In this document: piece by piece, positions 50,100 through 62,090 of the stretch
Layout: each line of letters begins with the position of its first letter
How positions within the stretch are numbered: the stretch's first letter is position 1
DNA from: Malacoraja senta
Taxonomy: Eukaryota
Reading direction: 5' to 3'
Length of the DNA stretch: 64,000 bases
Assembly: GCA_038087875.1 (NCBI GenBank)
Contig: CM075988.1
Location: 8,060,001-8,124,000 of the forward strand
Made by a program: the position numbers and the translations under genes
Notes under the pieces: generated by a model
What the model saw: the letters and a program-made list of their open reading frames with translations, nothing else
The model's database searches: none
Told to the model about the DNA's origin: nothing

Positions 50100-50700
50100 G
50101 AGAGTCGATCAATGCCTCTACTTCTTTAGCAGATTGAGGAGATTCAGTATGTCAATGAATACTCTTTTGAACTTCTACAGGTATAGAGCATATTGACTGG
50201 TTGCCTCATGGCCTGGTTCGGCAACTTGAATGAGCAAGAATGAAGGAGATTGCAGGGGAATATTGCCCAGTCCATCACCGGTACTGACCTCCCCACCATC
50301 AAAGGGATCTATAGAAGGTGCTCAAAATGACAACCAGCATCATCAAGGACCCACGCCACCCTGGCCAGGCCCCCATTTCACTCCTGACATCGGGAGCAAG
50401 GCATAGGAGTCTGAAAACCATGACCTCCAGTCTCAGGAACAGCTTCTTCCCAACAAGCATCAGATTCTTGAGCACCACAAAGATCAACTAAACATTGTAC
50501 TATGTCTATGACCTGTCTTGGTTGCACTAAGGACTTTGGGCTTTTGTTTTGTTTTGCACATATTGTTTTTGTATTTGTTGAACTAGTATTTTTGAATTGT
50601 TGAATGTTACAGTATCTATTGCCGACTGTGTTTACAGACCTGTTAGAATTGAGTAATAATTTAATTGTTCCGTTTCAGTACATATGACTACTAAACACTC
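50100..50700 (+). mobile_element. Rex1/Babar-type LINE 3' fragment
   Basis: catcaaggacccacgccaccctggcc...aggaacagcttcttccc, a typical Rex1 RT C-terminus. Confidence 0.7.
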
Positions 50701-50735
50701 CTGAGTCTCTTACTAACTGATCCCCTCAAAACACA

Positions 50736-50864
50736 NNNNNNNNNNNNNNNNNNNNNNNNNNNNNNNNNNNNNNNNNNNNNNNNNNNNNNNNNNNNNNNNN
50801 NNNNNNNNNNNNNNNNNNNNNNNNNNNNNNNNNNNNNNNNNNNNNNNNNNNNNNNNNNNNNNNN
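50736..50864. other. Assembly gap (129 N) next to a degenerate CA-rich simple repeat
   Basis: Run of N; CA/CAT-rich tract follows to about 51030. Confidence 1.
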
Positions 50865-51907
50865 ACATGGGCACTTGTACAAACACACACACGCATGTTC
50901 ACAGGCACATAGCAATACATATGAACAAACACATTCCCACATACATATACACATGAACATCTGCTGTAAACACATGCACGCACAACACAGAAATACACAT
51001 GGAGACACACACGTACACAGTGCAGGTACATTATATGGGGAATGACAACATTGGATGGGATATTAAAGTCAACAATGCTGAAATATCAGGAGTAGTGACT
51101 GCATTATCACTGAGTCGTCAGGTTTGTGTAACTGACTGACACATGACCAGAAGGCTGGTTATAATTACTTTATCCAAATGGTATTTAATCTCCAGGGATT
51201 CTTGACCAAAGAGAGCTCACGGCTTTTTCCAATGTGATTTACTTAACTCCTGAATTTAAGCACAGTTTGATCAGGTCATTTAATGTGTCCTCAAACATAC
51301 AAGACAGAGGCAGAATTACTAAGGGATACAGCCAGACGGCCCACATGTTTGCCTGTTAGTCGTAGACTGCCAACAGCAGTAGACTCAGAGTACTGTTGAG
51401 GAATCACCAATGCTGTTTGCACTCATCCTTAAATCCACTGACACGCTAAATAAGCTCTAAGGTTAAGTGTCTTCTCCCAGGCCAATGTGCCCAAAGTTAA
51501 GGTCCAAATCAAGCTCAGCTGCTTCCGATGGACAAGTCACGCCACAGAGTCACAGCAGAGTGCTGCATGGAAACAGGCCCTTTGGCCCACCTTGCCCATG
51601 TCATTTGCCTATCCCAAACCAGATCCCCAAAGCAGACATTTTACTTCAATCTCCATCATGGGAGAATACCAGCTAGATAAAAGAAACAAGTCGCACTCAA
51701 ACCAGCCTTGAACATGTTCAACATCCTCACTGAGTTGTGGGAATCCTTGCCCCGAGACTAATCAAACTCAAAATTGCAAGGTGTTGGCAATAATAATGTC
51801 GATCCTTTTAAGAGTAGTTTAGTGAGAATATGAATAGAATATCAAGCTGATTAATTTAAATGAAGTTGGATGATTGCATCAGTTTGAGGGTGCACAGTAG
51901 CACAGAG

Positions 51908-52246
51908 GGTTGTCACAGTGGTGCAGCTGGCAGAGCTGCTGCCTCACTGCGCCAGAAACGTGGGTTCGATCCTGACTTCAGATGCCATCTGCGTGGTGTT
52001 TTCACATTCTCCTTGTGACCGCATGGGCTTCCACATCCCACATCCCACAGACGTGCGGGGTTGTAGGTTAATTTCCGCTGTAAATTGCCCCTTGTGAATA
52101 GGGAGTGAATGCGAGAATGGGATAACAGATCCCAGACAACTAGTGTGAATGGTTGATCGATGGTCAGTGTGGATTTGATGGGCTGCCGAGCCTGTTTCCA
52201 TGTTGTATCTCTAAACACAACTAAACTAAATTAAACTAAACTAAAC
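51908..52246 (+). mobile_element. HE1-type SINE
   Basis: Consensus blocks with (AAACT)n tail. Confidence 0.85.
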
Positions 52247-52321
52247 TTTGAGCAGGAAATAAATGTTGGCCAGCAGATTGGGCGGGGAGCCTGTTTCTGC
52301 ATTGTAAATTCAATTGATTTC

Positions 52322-52620
52322 ATAGTCATAGAGTCATACAACATGGAAACAGGTCGCTCGGCCCACCTTGCCCACAACGACCAACATGCCCCATCTACAC
52401 TAGTCGCATATCCTTCAAAACCTATGCTATCCATGTACCTGTCCAAATGTTTTTTTAAACATTGTGATAGTACCTGCATCAAATACCTCCTCTGGCACCT
52501 CATTCCATATACCTACCATCCTTTGTGTAAAGAAGTTGCCCCTCGGGTTCCTATTAAATCTTTCCCCTCTCTCCTTAAACGTATGTCCACTGGTTCTTGA
52601 TTCCCCTACACTGTGTAAAA
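52322..52620 (-). mobile_element. CR1/HER1 3' fragment
   Basis: RFNRNPRGNFFTQRMVGIWN. Confidence 0.85.
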
Positions 52621-53534
52621 GCCCCAAATTATTTCTATTTCATTCCAATTCAAATGGTATAGCCCAGTCAAAATGATACTGCCTCATTTTAGTAAGCCAC
52701 CTGAAATCACAGTCATCCTCTGGGGTACAATTTAGGTGCATATTTCATGTCCTTTTTAAGCCCTTGAAAATGCTATTTAGCACTGTGGTCTTATGCATGC
52801 AAAACTAATTTTCCAAAGACCACATCCGCTTGAAACAAATCTTAGGGAGAGGGCAGGTGATCATCAAATGAATCATGAAAGTAAGGTCTGGCAAACGCAT
52901 CGGGTCACCTCACTATTTAGGTGAAAGGAAAATGTATTTGGCATTTAATATAGCAATATAATCTTTTGGGAATAACATATATAATCAGCTAGAAAGGGGT
53001 CCATTCTCTTCCATTAGAAGCAATTAGTTAATATTCATGTGGCAATATCATAAAAACCACCTCCGAGTTCTTGTTTCTCCATTTTATTTTCCATTTTAAC
53101 GGCTTTGTTTCCTCTGCGGGCCAACTGTAACTTGTCTGTTAACACAACTCTATTTTATTCCTATCAATGCTACTTTAATCTTCTTCCCATTCTTCATCTT
53201 AAGCAAACATCATACCCAGTGCAGTAAAAACACCACCGTGTGAGGCTTACACCTTTCCTTTCATGGCTTGGTAGTTTTTTTTGGCTTTATTGAGGAATTC
53301 AGACAGTGAAATCAAATTCCTGAGGAATGTTTTTCTCAGTCTGTTTAATGCAAAAAAAATGAACATCCCCCCCCCCCCCCTCCACCCTGCCATTTGAAGA
53401 CAGGACCCTACCTAGAACAAATGTGTGATTGAAAACAAGCCCATTCCATGCAAAGGTCTGGGGTTAGCCTTGCACTAGAAACATGCAGTTTCAATGAATA
53501 TGGGAATAGTTTTTAGAAACTCCTCACTGATCAG

Positions 53535-53718
53535 TAAAACAATGTGCTGGAGGAACTCAGCAGGTCAGGTACCATCTGTGGAGGGAATGGGCAGGCGATG
53601 TTTCAGGTCGGGACCCTTCTTCATACTATTCCCTCCACAGATGCTGTCTCACCTGCTCAGCTACTCCAGCACTTTGTGTTTTGCGCAAGGCACCAGTATC
53701 TGCAGTTCCTTGCCTTCA
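53535..53718. repeat. Older inverted pair of PLE pLTR fragments
   Basis: gtgctggaggaactcagcagg mirrored by cctgctcagctactccagcac. Confidence 0.75.
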
Positions 53719-53749
53719 TTGATCAGCAGTTCATGAGTTCATTAGTTCA

Positions 53750-54265
53750 TAAGTCATAGGAGCAGAATTAGGACATTCAGCCCATCGAATCTACTCTGCC
53801 ATTCAATCATGGCTGATCTATCGTTCCCTCTCAACTCCATTCTCCTTCCTTCTCCCCGTAACCATTGAAACCCTTATCAATCAAGATCCTGTCAATTTTC
53901 GCTTTAAAAATACCCCAAAACGGCCTCCACGGCCATCTGTGGCAATGAATTCCAGAGATCCGCCACCCTCTGGCTGAAGAATTTCTTCCTCATCTTCTTT
54001 CTAAAGGTATTTTGTTTTAATGCTGAGGCTGTGCCCTCTGGTCCTAGTTTCTCCCATTAGTGGAAACATCCTCTCCGCCTTTTATTATTCAGTAGATTTG
54101 CAATGAGATCCTCCTCCCTCATCCATCAAAACTGCAGCGAGAACAGGCCTTGAGCTGTCGAATGCTGGTCATGTTAACCCAGTCATCCCTGGGATCATTC
54201 TCGTCAACCTCTTTTTAACGCCAACATATCCCTCCTCAGATATGGGGTCCAAAACTGCTCCAAAT
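53750..54265 (-). mobile_element. CR1 3' fragment
   Basis: Reverse-complement CR1 tail (ccattcaatcatggctgatc) and ORF2 end. Confidence 0.82.
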
Positions 54266-54559
54266 GCCTCCAATACTCCAAATAGTGTACAGTCCTGAGC
54301 AACTATCTACCTCATTGGGGACTCTTGGACGATCTTTGCTTGGAATTTACTGGACTTTATCTTGCACTAAACGTTATTCAGGTTATTCCCCTTATCGTGT
54401 ACCTGTACACTGTGAATGGCTCAATTGTAATCATGTATTGTCTTTCTGCAGACTGGTTAGCCCGCAACAAAAGCTTTTCACTGCACCTTGGTACACGGGC
54501 CACTAAACTAAACTAAACTAAACTAAATCTGGGCTTTACCGGTGCCTTTTAAAGCCTAA

Positions 54560-55340
54560 TGGGCCTGTCCCACTTAAGCGAATTTTCAGGCGACTGCCGG
54601 CGACTGCCAAGTTGCCAACAGTCGCCTGAAAAATCGGCAACTGGAATTGCGACTGTCAGAGTGGAACACACACACACACACACACATCGCTTCCTTCACC
54701 AGCCCGTTATGCAGGCGGGGGACAGGGCAAGTGGGGGAGCGCTGTCTGAGTGAAATTCACACGGTGCAAAGACAAGGTGATACAGACACACACTGCGATG
54801 AACAGGAAGGTTGGCGCTGTAATTAGGACGGCTAAAGCACAGTGTATGGTAAGTCCTTTAAAAGAGGGGGGAGGGGGGGGAGGGGGGGGAGAGAGGGGAG
54901 AGGGGGGAGAAGGGGGAGAAGGAGGGAGAAGGAGTGGAGACAACTTTTAAGAGATACACGGCTGTGAAGCTCGGCGGACATTTAACATTACCGGTCGGTT
55001 ATCCTTGGTTCTGAAAACGACTGCTTACGTTTTTTTCCCCAGTGAGCCAATGAAATTCACCGGCTACAACCTACGAAAACCTACGAGATCCTTCGACCTC
55101 CTGGCAACCCACTTGGACCACCTGGCGACCCACCTACGGCACGAGAATTCTCGCTACTCTCCATGGCGGCTTCATTCTGGTCGCCGCTAATTTTTCAACA
55201 TGTTGAAAATTCCCAGACTAGTTCCCAGAATGCGGGAACGCCTCACGACCATGAAGGCGACTCCCCGGCAACCACCAACATGTGGCGACCGCAGAGTCTC
55301 CTGCAGTCACCTAAGACATCACCTAAGTGGGACAAGCCCA
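54560..55340. mobile_element. PIF/Harbinger-type MITE (781 bp)
   Basis: TIR TGGGCCTGTCCCACTTA / TAAGTGGGACAAGCCCA; flanks TAA and TTA. Confidence 0.85.
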
Positions 55341-56120
55341 TTAGCATTATAGATGGTCAACCTCAGCTTGACAATCAGCACAGGCAACAAACATCATGGG
55401 CATCAAGGGTTTCCTCTTGCTCCCAGTCTGACTAATGTCTAAGTTTTGTATCTATACTGTACTTTCACAAGCTTAGCATATGGTTTATAAACTAGTTCAT
55501 GGGATGTGGACATCACTGTCAACTGCACAATTTGTTTCCCATTTGCAATGGGCCCTGATCTGAGGAACCAGGTAAGATTCAACCACAGAACTTTCGCAAC
55601 CTGCACCTGAAGGGCAAAGGGATGCGGATAAACAATTCTATTTTCTGTTTAAAATCTGTGCACGATTCACGATCTCGAGTCTCAGATTGGAGTAACGTTC
55701 CAGTGTTATTTAATGACTTTAAACTTAAATTCCTCCATGGCACTGATAGGATTGAAACCCTGGTCTCTGGATCAACGATGTACAACTCTGGTTGCTAGTC
55801 CAGTAACTTAACCACTATGCCATTGTGTTCCTGTCCTATAGTGTTCTAGAGTCACTAAAATATTTTGGAAGGGATTTTACTGCTGGAATTAATACAATTC
55901 AGAACTCAATTTGCAGCAGGTGATAATAAGCAGATAACTTGCTTTTAATTGAAACATAGAAATATAGAAACATTGTTAATAGGTGCAGGAATAGGCCATT
56001 CGGCCCTTTGAGCCAGCACCGCCATTCAATATGATCATGGCTGATCATCCAAAGTCAGTACCTCGTTCCTGCTTTCTCCCCAGATCCCTTGATTCCGTTA
56101 GCCCTAAGAGCTCTATCTAA

Positions 56121-56437
56121 TGGGGCTGTCCCACTGTACGAGCTAATTCCTGAGCTCTCCCGAGTTTAAAAAAAAATCAAACTCGTGCTAAGCACGTAGA
56201 ATGTACGTAGCGGGTACGTCGAAGCTCGGGACGTCTCTTAGCGGCTCGTAACGCTAACGGCAGGTACTCGGGAAACACGGTAAGCTCGGGAAGACGCGTG
56301 AAGATTTTTCAACATGTTGAAAAATGTCCACGAGAGCCCCGAGTACCTACGAGCGGCCATTACCGTAATTCTCCGAGTTCGAATCAGGGGAAACTCGGGA
56401 GAACTCTTGAATTAGCTCGTACAGTGGGAAAGGCCCA
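56121..56437. mobile_element. PIF/Harbinger-type MITE (317 bp) nested in a CR1 tail
   Basis: About 30-bp TIR with TAA TSD; removing it restores the CR1 text ctatctaactctctcttga. Confidence 0.92.
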
Positions 56438-57259
56438 TAACTCTCTCTTGAGTAAATCCAGTGAATTGGCCTCCACTGCCTTCTGTGGCAGAGAATTCCA
56501 CATGAATGGGAAGGATACTTATTAGCAAAGGATGACTTGTCTTCAAAGTAAGAATGACAAATGAATGGGAAGGACCTAATTTCTCAGAAAGACAGAGGTT
56601 GGTGGGTAAATGCAACAAGCTGCTAGAGGAAGTAGTTGGGGCAGATACTATAACAACATTGAAAGAACATTTGGACAGGTGCATGAATAAGATAGGTTTG
56701 GACGAATATGGTCCAAACGCAGGCAGATGGGACGTGTAGATGGGGCATCTTGGTTAGCGTGGACAAGATGGGCCGAAGGTCATACTTCCATGTTTTATGA
56801 TGCTATGACTCCTTCTTTTATAACAACACAGCCTCAGATACGTACAGACTCATCGAGCCAGAGTTCAAGTCTCTGAAGTAAGACTTGAACTCACAAGCTG
56901 CTGAGCCAGAAATGAGAGGGCTTGCAACTGAACCCACAGCTGATTCACCAAAGACGATAGGCCAAACATGTTGCGTCAACACTGTGACCCACTCTGATCT
57001 CAACAAACCACAGTCACGCTGTGCTTCCTGCTTCCTGTTTAATACATATGGCTTAGACTAAAAAATCTAATGCACATTTGGTCCAATGGATCTTTGTTGG
57101 CATTTAGTCTGCACACAGATCTCCCACAATCCCTCTTATTCCTTTACTCTTCACATACATAATGGACTGCTGGCTTCTGCTTAATTGTATCAATGCCATG
57201 GCCAAGATTCCACATCCATACAGCCCTTTATATGGCCCCATACATTCCACTGATTCCTA

Positions 57260-57505
57260 TACACCGTATACTAGCACTATCCCATACACTAGGGACAATT
57301 TACAATCTTTACTGAAGCCAATTAACCTACAAACGTGTACGTCTATGGAATGTGGGAGGAAACTGAGGCAGGCATGGGGAGAAACCCAGGCAGGCATGGG
57401 GAGAACATACAAACTCCATACAGACAGCACCCATAGTCAGGATTGAAGCCAGGTCTCTGGCGCTGTGAGGCAGCAACTCTACCACTGTGCCATCATGCCG
57501 CCCCT
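57260..57505 (-). mobile_element. HE1-type SINE
   Basis: Consensus blocks. Confidence 0.85.
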
Positions 57506-58094
57506 AACATTTCTGATGGTCTTCTTTCCCGAAGCGAGTGTAGATGGGTAGCCATTGATTAACCAATTACCTGGAATGAAACTGTGACCAAACTGATGCT
57601 GACCCCACCTGTTGTGCCTACAGTGCATTTTCTTAGTAGAGGTGATTAAACAATGATGATATGGTCAGTCGGAGGCAGAGCTAATCTTTGCCTTTCCGCA
57701 TATTCCAGACACACTGTGGTCAATTGATAGCTGACTGTGTGCTGATTGAAAGTCAGTTTAGGGCCTTGTGTTAATGTGCTCAGCAAGTCTTGGAAGGACA
57801 AAGTTCGCAGATTTCCCTGACTTGGTCATTTGTCATTTTTGTTTTTGACTTAGTGTCAGGAAACCGAACACTGATCATAGTCAATGTCAGAGTCAAAGCT
57901 CCGAGCGGCAAATTGACTGGGGAATCAGTGTCAGGAAAATCAGAGATAAATGAGTGTTGATGGAGTCAAAGTAACATAAGCGAAGTCTGTAACATGTCCA
58001 TTCTTGAAGTATAGTGTGAATTAGATAGAAATATTTTAAAAATTCACAACCTATCACAAGTGAAAAAAAACTCCCTAAAACTTACAAGAAGCTT

Positions 58095-58396
58095 TGGCAA
58101 CGCAGTGATGCAGCGGTAGAGTTGGTGCCTCACAGCGCCAGAGACCCGGGTTTGATCCTGACATTGGGTGCTGTCTGTATGGAGTTTGTACGTTCTCCAT
58201 GGGACTGTGTGGGTTTTCTCCGGGTGCTCCGGTTTCCTCTCACATCCCAAAGACGTGCGGGTTTTTAGGTTAATTGGCCTCTGTAAATTGCCCCGAGTGT
58301 GTAGGGAATGGATGACATAGAGCTAGAGTGTAGCGTGATCAATGGTCGGCGTGGACTCGGTGGGTGGAAGGGTCTGTTTCCACGCTGTATCCTAAC
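58095..58396 (+). mobile_element. HE1-type SINE
   Basis: Consensus blocks. Confidence 0.9.
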
Positions 58397-58461
58397 CACG
58401 GTGTCACATTCTCAGAGATATCCCTCCTCAAAAAAATATTGAGACCATCTATGGGTCGGTT

Positions 58462-58700
58462 CACTTGACTCCTGAGTCAGAAAATTATAGGTTCAGGTAT
58501 GAAGTCAGGAGTTGAGTTTATAATCTAAGTAAAACACTTCTGCACATTACTGAAGGAATGCCTTGCTATTTATTGTAAGTGTTATCTTTGAAGTGTGACA
58601 TTAACTCACTGCCTGACCTATTTCTCAGGTAGATGTGCAGAAGGCCACCTGAATTATTAAAGGAAGACCTCCTCTGCATACACATCAACATTCATTCCTC
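58462..58700 (+). mobile_element. Decayed Deu-domain SINE (SacSINE1/AmnSINE1-like)
   Basis: ctgagtcagaa...ggttca...ataatcta...tactgaaggaatgc...gacattaa...ctcaggtagatgt in the order I recall for the Deu consensus. Confidence 0.55.
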
Positions 58701-58976
58701 AGTGATCATAATGTTCACAATAATTCTACCCACTGATTCTTGCAGAACACTTGTTTTATATATAAATCAACTTCTGAACTTGTCTACAACATTGAACAAC
58801 ATTTCATGTCGATAGTCATATCCATCTGCCTCCGTCACCACCACGACAGCATGTTCCAGGCAAAAATAAACTTGTCCCGCACATCTCCTTTAAACTTTGC
58901 TCCACTAACCTTAAAACTACGTTCTCTATGCCTTTTATAAGAAAAAAGGCATATGTTTGTACATGGCCATGTTTAT

Positions 58977-59286
58977 GGGTAGCACAGTGGCACAGCGGTA
59001 GAGTTGCTGCCGTACAGCACCTGAGACCCGGGTTCGATCCTGACTACAGGTGCTTGTCTGTACGGAGATAGTATGTTCTCCCCGTGACCTGCATGGGTTT
59101 GCTCTGAGATCTTCGGTTTCCTCCTACACTCAAAAGACGTACAGGTTTGTAGGCTAATTTGCTTGGTAAATGTAAAAAAAATGTCCCGTATGGGTGGTGG
59201 TAATTTGCAGGGATCGCTGGTTAGTGCGGACTCAGTGGGCCGAAGGGCGTGTTTCCACGCTGTATCTCTAAACTAAACTAAACTAA
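58977..59286 (+). mobile_element. HE1-type SINE
   Basis: Consensus blocks with (AAACT)n tail. Confidence 0.9.
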
Positions 59287-60905
59287 TCTTAAAACTACAG
59301 CTTCGATGCCCTTTATAAGAAAAAAACCCACACATTTGTCTATGCCATTCAGGTCACCTAATAATGTCTTTACTGTTGAGAAAGTATTTTTAAAGTGTAG
59401 TCATTTTTGATTTTATAAATGCAAGGTAAATCTCCAATAACAGTTTAAAAGTAACTGAAGGCACTGAAATGTTGACAGTCAAAATTATCTCACCTTCAGG
59501 TCTGAGTTTTTGATGTGACACAACTCAGTCACATCCCACTTCTAAAACATTGCCTCCTCAAACATTGCTGCTTACTAACTGAAGTTCTTGGGGAAGTCTG
59601 CAGCTTTGAGTAGAGATATACAGATAGAAGTTTAAATATATTTGTATAATTTCATTTACTTCTATGTGGTCTGGTCATGGTTCGTGATTTAACTGTAGAA
59701 ATGGTTATGTGTTCACTCAATCCTTTATCGCTATATCAAAGGAATATTTAGCACAATTATTACCCGTGCTGCAAAAAGAATTTTCAAAGTTGAATTCCAA
59801 ATGCAAATATCATAAAATTATTTCCAAGTTCATATTTCTCAAATTCTACTTTTTAATTTTAATAAATTTTAATAAAGTTTAATTCCCATGTGTACAATTT
59901 TCAACACATCTGTTAACACATTTCCATTATATTTCTGACGCTGCTATTTTAACCCATTTTTTAAACCGATCTGCTTAAGCAAACACCTTAACACTAAAAA
60001 CACAACCTTTGAAGTACTAACACATGAAATATTAGCTTTAGTGGTTTTATTGATGAAATCAAACCCTGAAAGATAACTCCTGAGGAATATTTTTCCTCGT
60101 TTAGTGCAGCGGAGAACAATTAAATTGAAAACCATGCAATGTGGTTCTCGTGGGACAATAGATTTAATCAGTGGTGTCAGGGGCGCTTTTTTGATAGAAA
60201 ACATATGAATTTTTGCAACTGAGCAGATATTCCTGAATATGATCTCACAGCGATTGCTCAGCAGAGCAGTGGTCCTCATGATCTCACCCAGAGTGGAAAC
60301 AATCTACTGTGGTCGCTCTATGGACATTAGTTTTCAACATTTTTATTGGAGTTTGCAGGCAACTAAACCCAGGCTTTCCCCGGTCTTTGCACATGTTCTT
60401 GAAGCCATTGATGATCAGGTTTCATCCGCAGCCACTTGCAAACTACACGGAGATCTTGCAGAGCAGTGAGTTTTAGTGCTGCGTGGTGAACACAGGATAT
60501 TTCACAGCAGGGAGGGGGTTTATGTAGCTTCTTGGTGGTTACGTTATACACTTGATGACTCGTTATTGAATGACCGTGGAACATAGCACTGTCACTGCGC
60601 ACGGCTGCACATTAGAGAGACTCCGATCATCAATGGCGCAGGGGTAGAGTCGCTGCCTTACAGTGCCAGAGACCCAGGATCAATCCTGGCCATGTGGGCT
60701 GTCTGTACGGAGTTTGTAAGTTCTCCCTGTGACCCTGCGTCCAATGTTCTAGAATCAAGCTCTACCTTGGGACCTCTTCTGAAGATAGACACAAAGTGCT
60801 GGAGTAACTCAGCGGGTCAAGCAGCATCTTTGGAGAGAAAGACATACACAAAAAGCTGGAGTAACTCAGCGGGACAGGCAGCATCTCTGGAGAGACGGAA
60901 TGGGT

Positions 60906-60933
60906 GACGTTTCGGGTCGAGACCCTTCTTCAG
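60906..60933 (-). ncRNA. Minimal hammerhead ribozyme core in a PLE pLTR (consensus-like copy)
   Basis: Reverse complement reads CUGAAGAAGGGUCUCGACCCGAAACGUC. Confidence 0.62.
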
Positions 60934-61506
60934 ACTGGTTATGGATAAGGGAAACGAGAGATATAGACGGTGATGTGGAGAGATAAAGAACAATGAATGA
61001 AAGATATGCAAAACAGTAGCAATGATAAAGGAAACAGGCCATTCTCAGCTGTTTGTAGGGTGAAAACAAAAAGCTGGTGCGACTTGCGTGGGGGAGGGAT
61101 AGAGATGGAGGTTGGAGGGAATGCCGAGGCTACCTGAAGTGTGAGAAATCAATATTCATACCACTGGGCTGTAAGCAGCCCAAGCGAAAAATGAGATGCT
61201 GTTCCTCCAATTTGCATTTAGCCTCACTCTGACAATGGATGAGATTGAGGACAGAAAGGTCTGTGTAGGAATGGGAAGGAGAATTAAAGAGTCCAGCAAC
61301 CGGGAGATCAGGTTGGTTCACGCAGGCTGACCGAAGGTGTTCCGCGAAAAGATCGTCCAGTCTGCGTTTGGTCTCACCGATGTATAAGAGTCCACATCTT
61401 GAACAATGGATACAGTAGATGAGGTTTGAGTAGGTGCAAGTGAACCTCTGCCTAACCTGAAAGGACTCTCGGGGTCCCTGGACAGAGTCGAGGGAGGAGG
61501 TATAGG

Positions 61507-62090
61507 TGTTAAAGTTTGATTAGTTTCAAACAGACAAAAACACAATAATGTTAGTAACAAAGCAGTAAAGGCTTTAATTTGCCCAGGCGGGTGTGGGAGA
61601 CAACTCACACAGTATGTAAATACAGACTACAGAGTCCCTCTTGTTCCAGACATAGAGGTAATGTTCAATCAGATATATTTATACCCTAATAATCAGCAAT
61701 TCAGCAATTCTTTATCTTACAGAGCATTGTACAGCCTCTTGCCTTGTCCATCCATGTATGGTTAATATCAAAGATTGACAGGTTCTTCCGATAGAGGAAA
61801 GGTTAGCCAATATATGGTTATGCTGAAGGAGCTATTTTTTGCAGATTCAAGCAATCTTGTTTCTTAACCTTGTTGATTAAATGTCTGTACATTACAGTCT
61901 GTAGAGTAAAGGGTAAGAACCGAGTTTTCTGAACATCTTTCTGATTGTTTATATCATAGAGCAAAATATCTAGAGTTATTGTACTGTAATCTTGCTAGTG
62001 TAATAGAAGAAAGGCTAAGCACCCATTTTGTAACTTCTAAATCTACAGCAGAATCCATTTTGTAACTTACTACTTCATTAAACCCTTTCA
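61507..62090 (-). mobile_element. Solo LTR (584 bp), ERV class I or Gypsy-like
   Basis: TG...CA ends; 4-bp TSD TAGG/TTGG; minus-strand TATAAA (61678-61683) then ATTAAA (61573-61578); 14-bp direct repeats in U3; cleanly interrupts the PLE. Confidence 0.82.
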
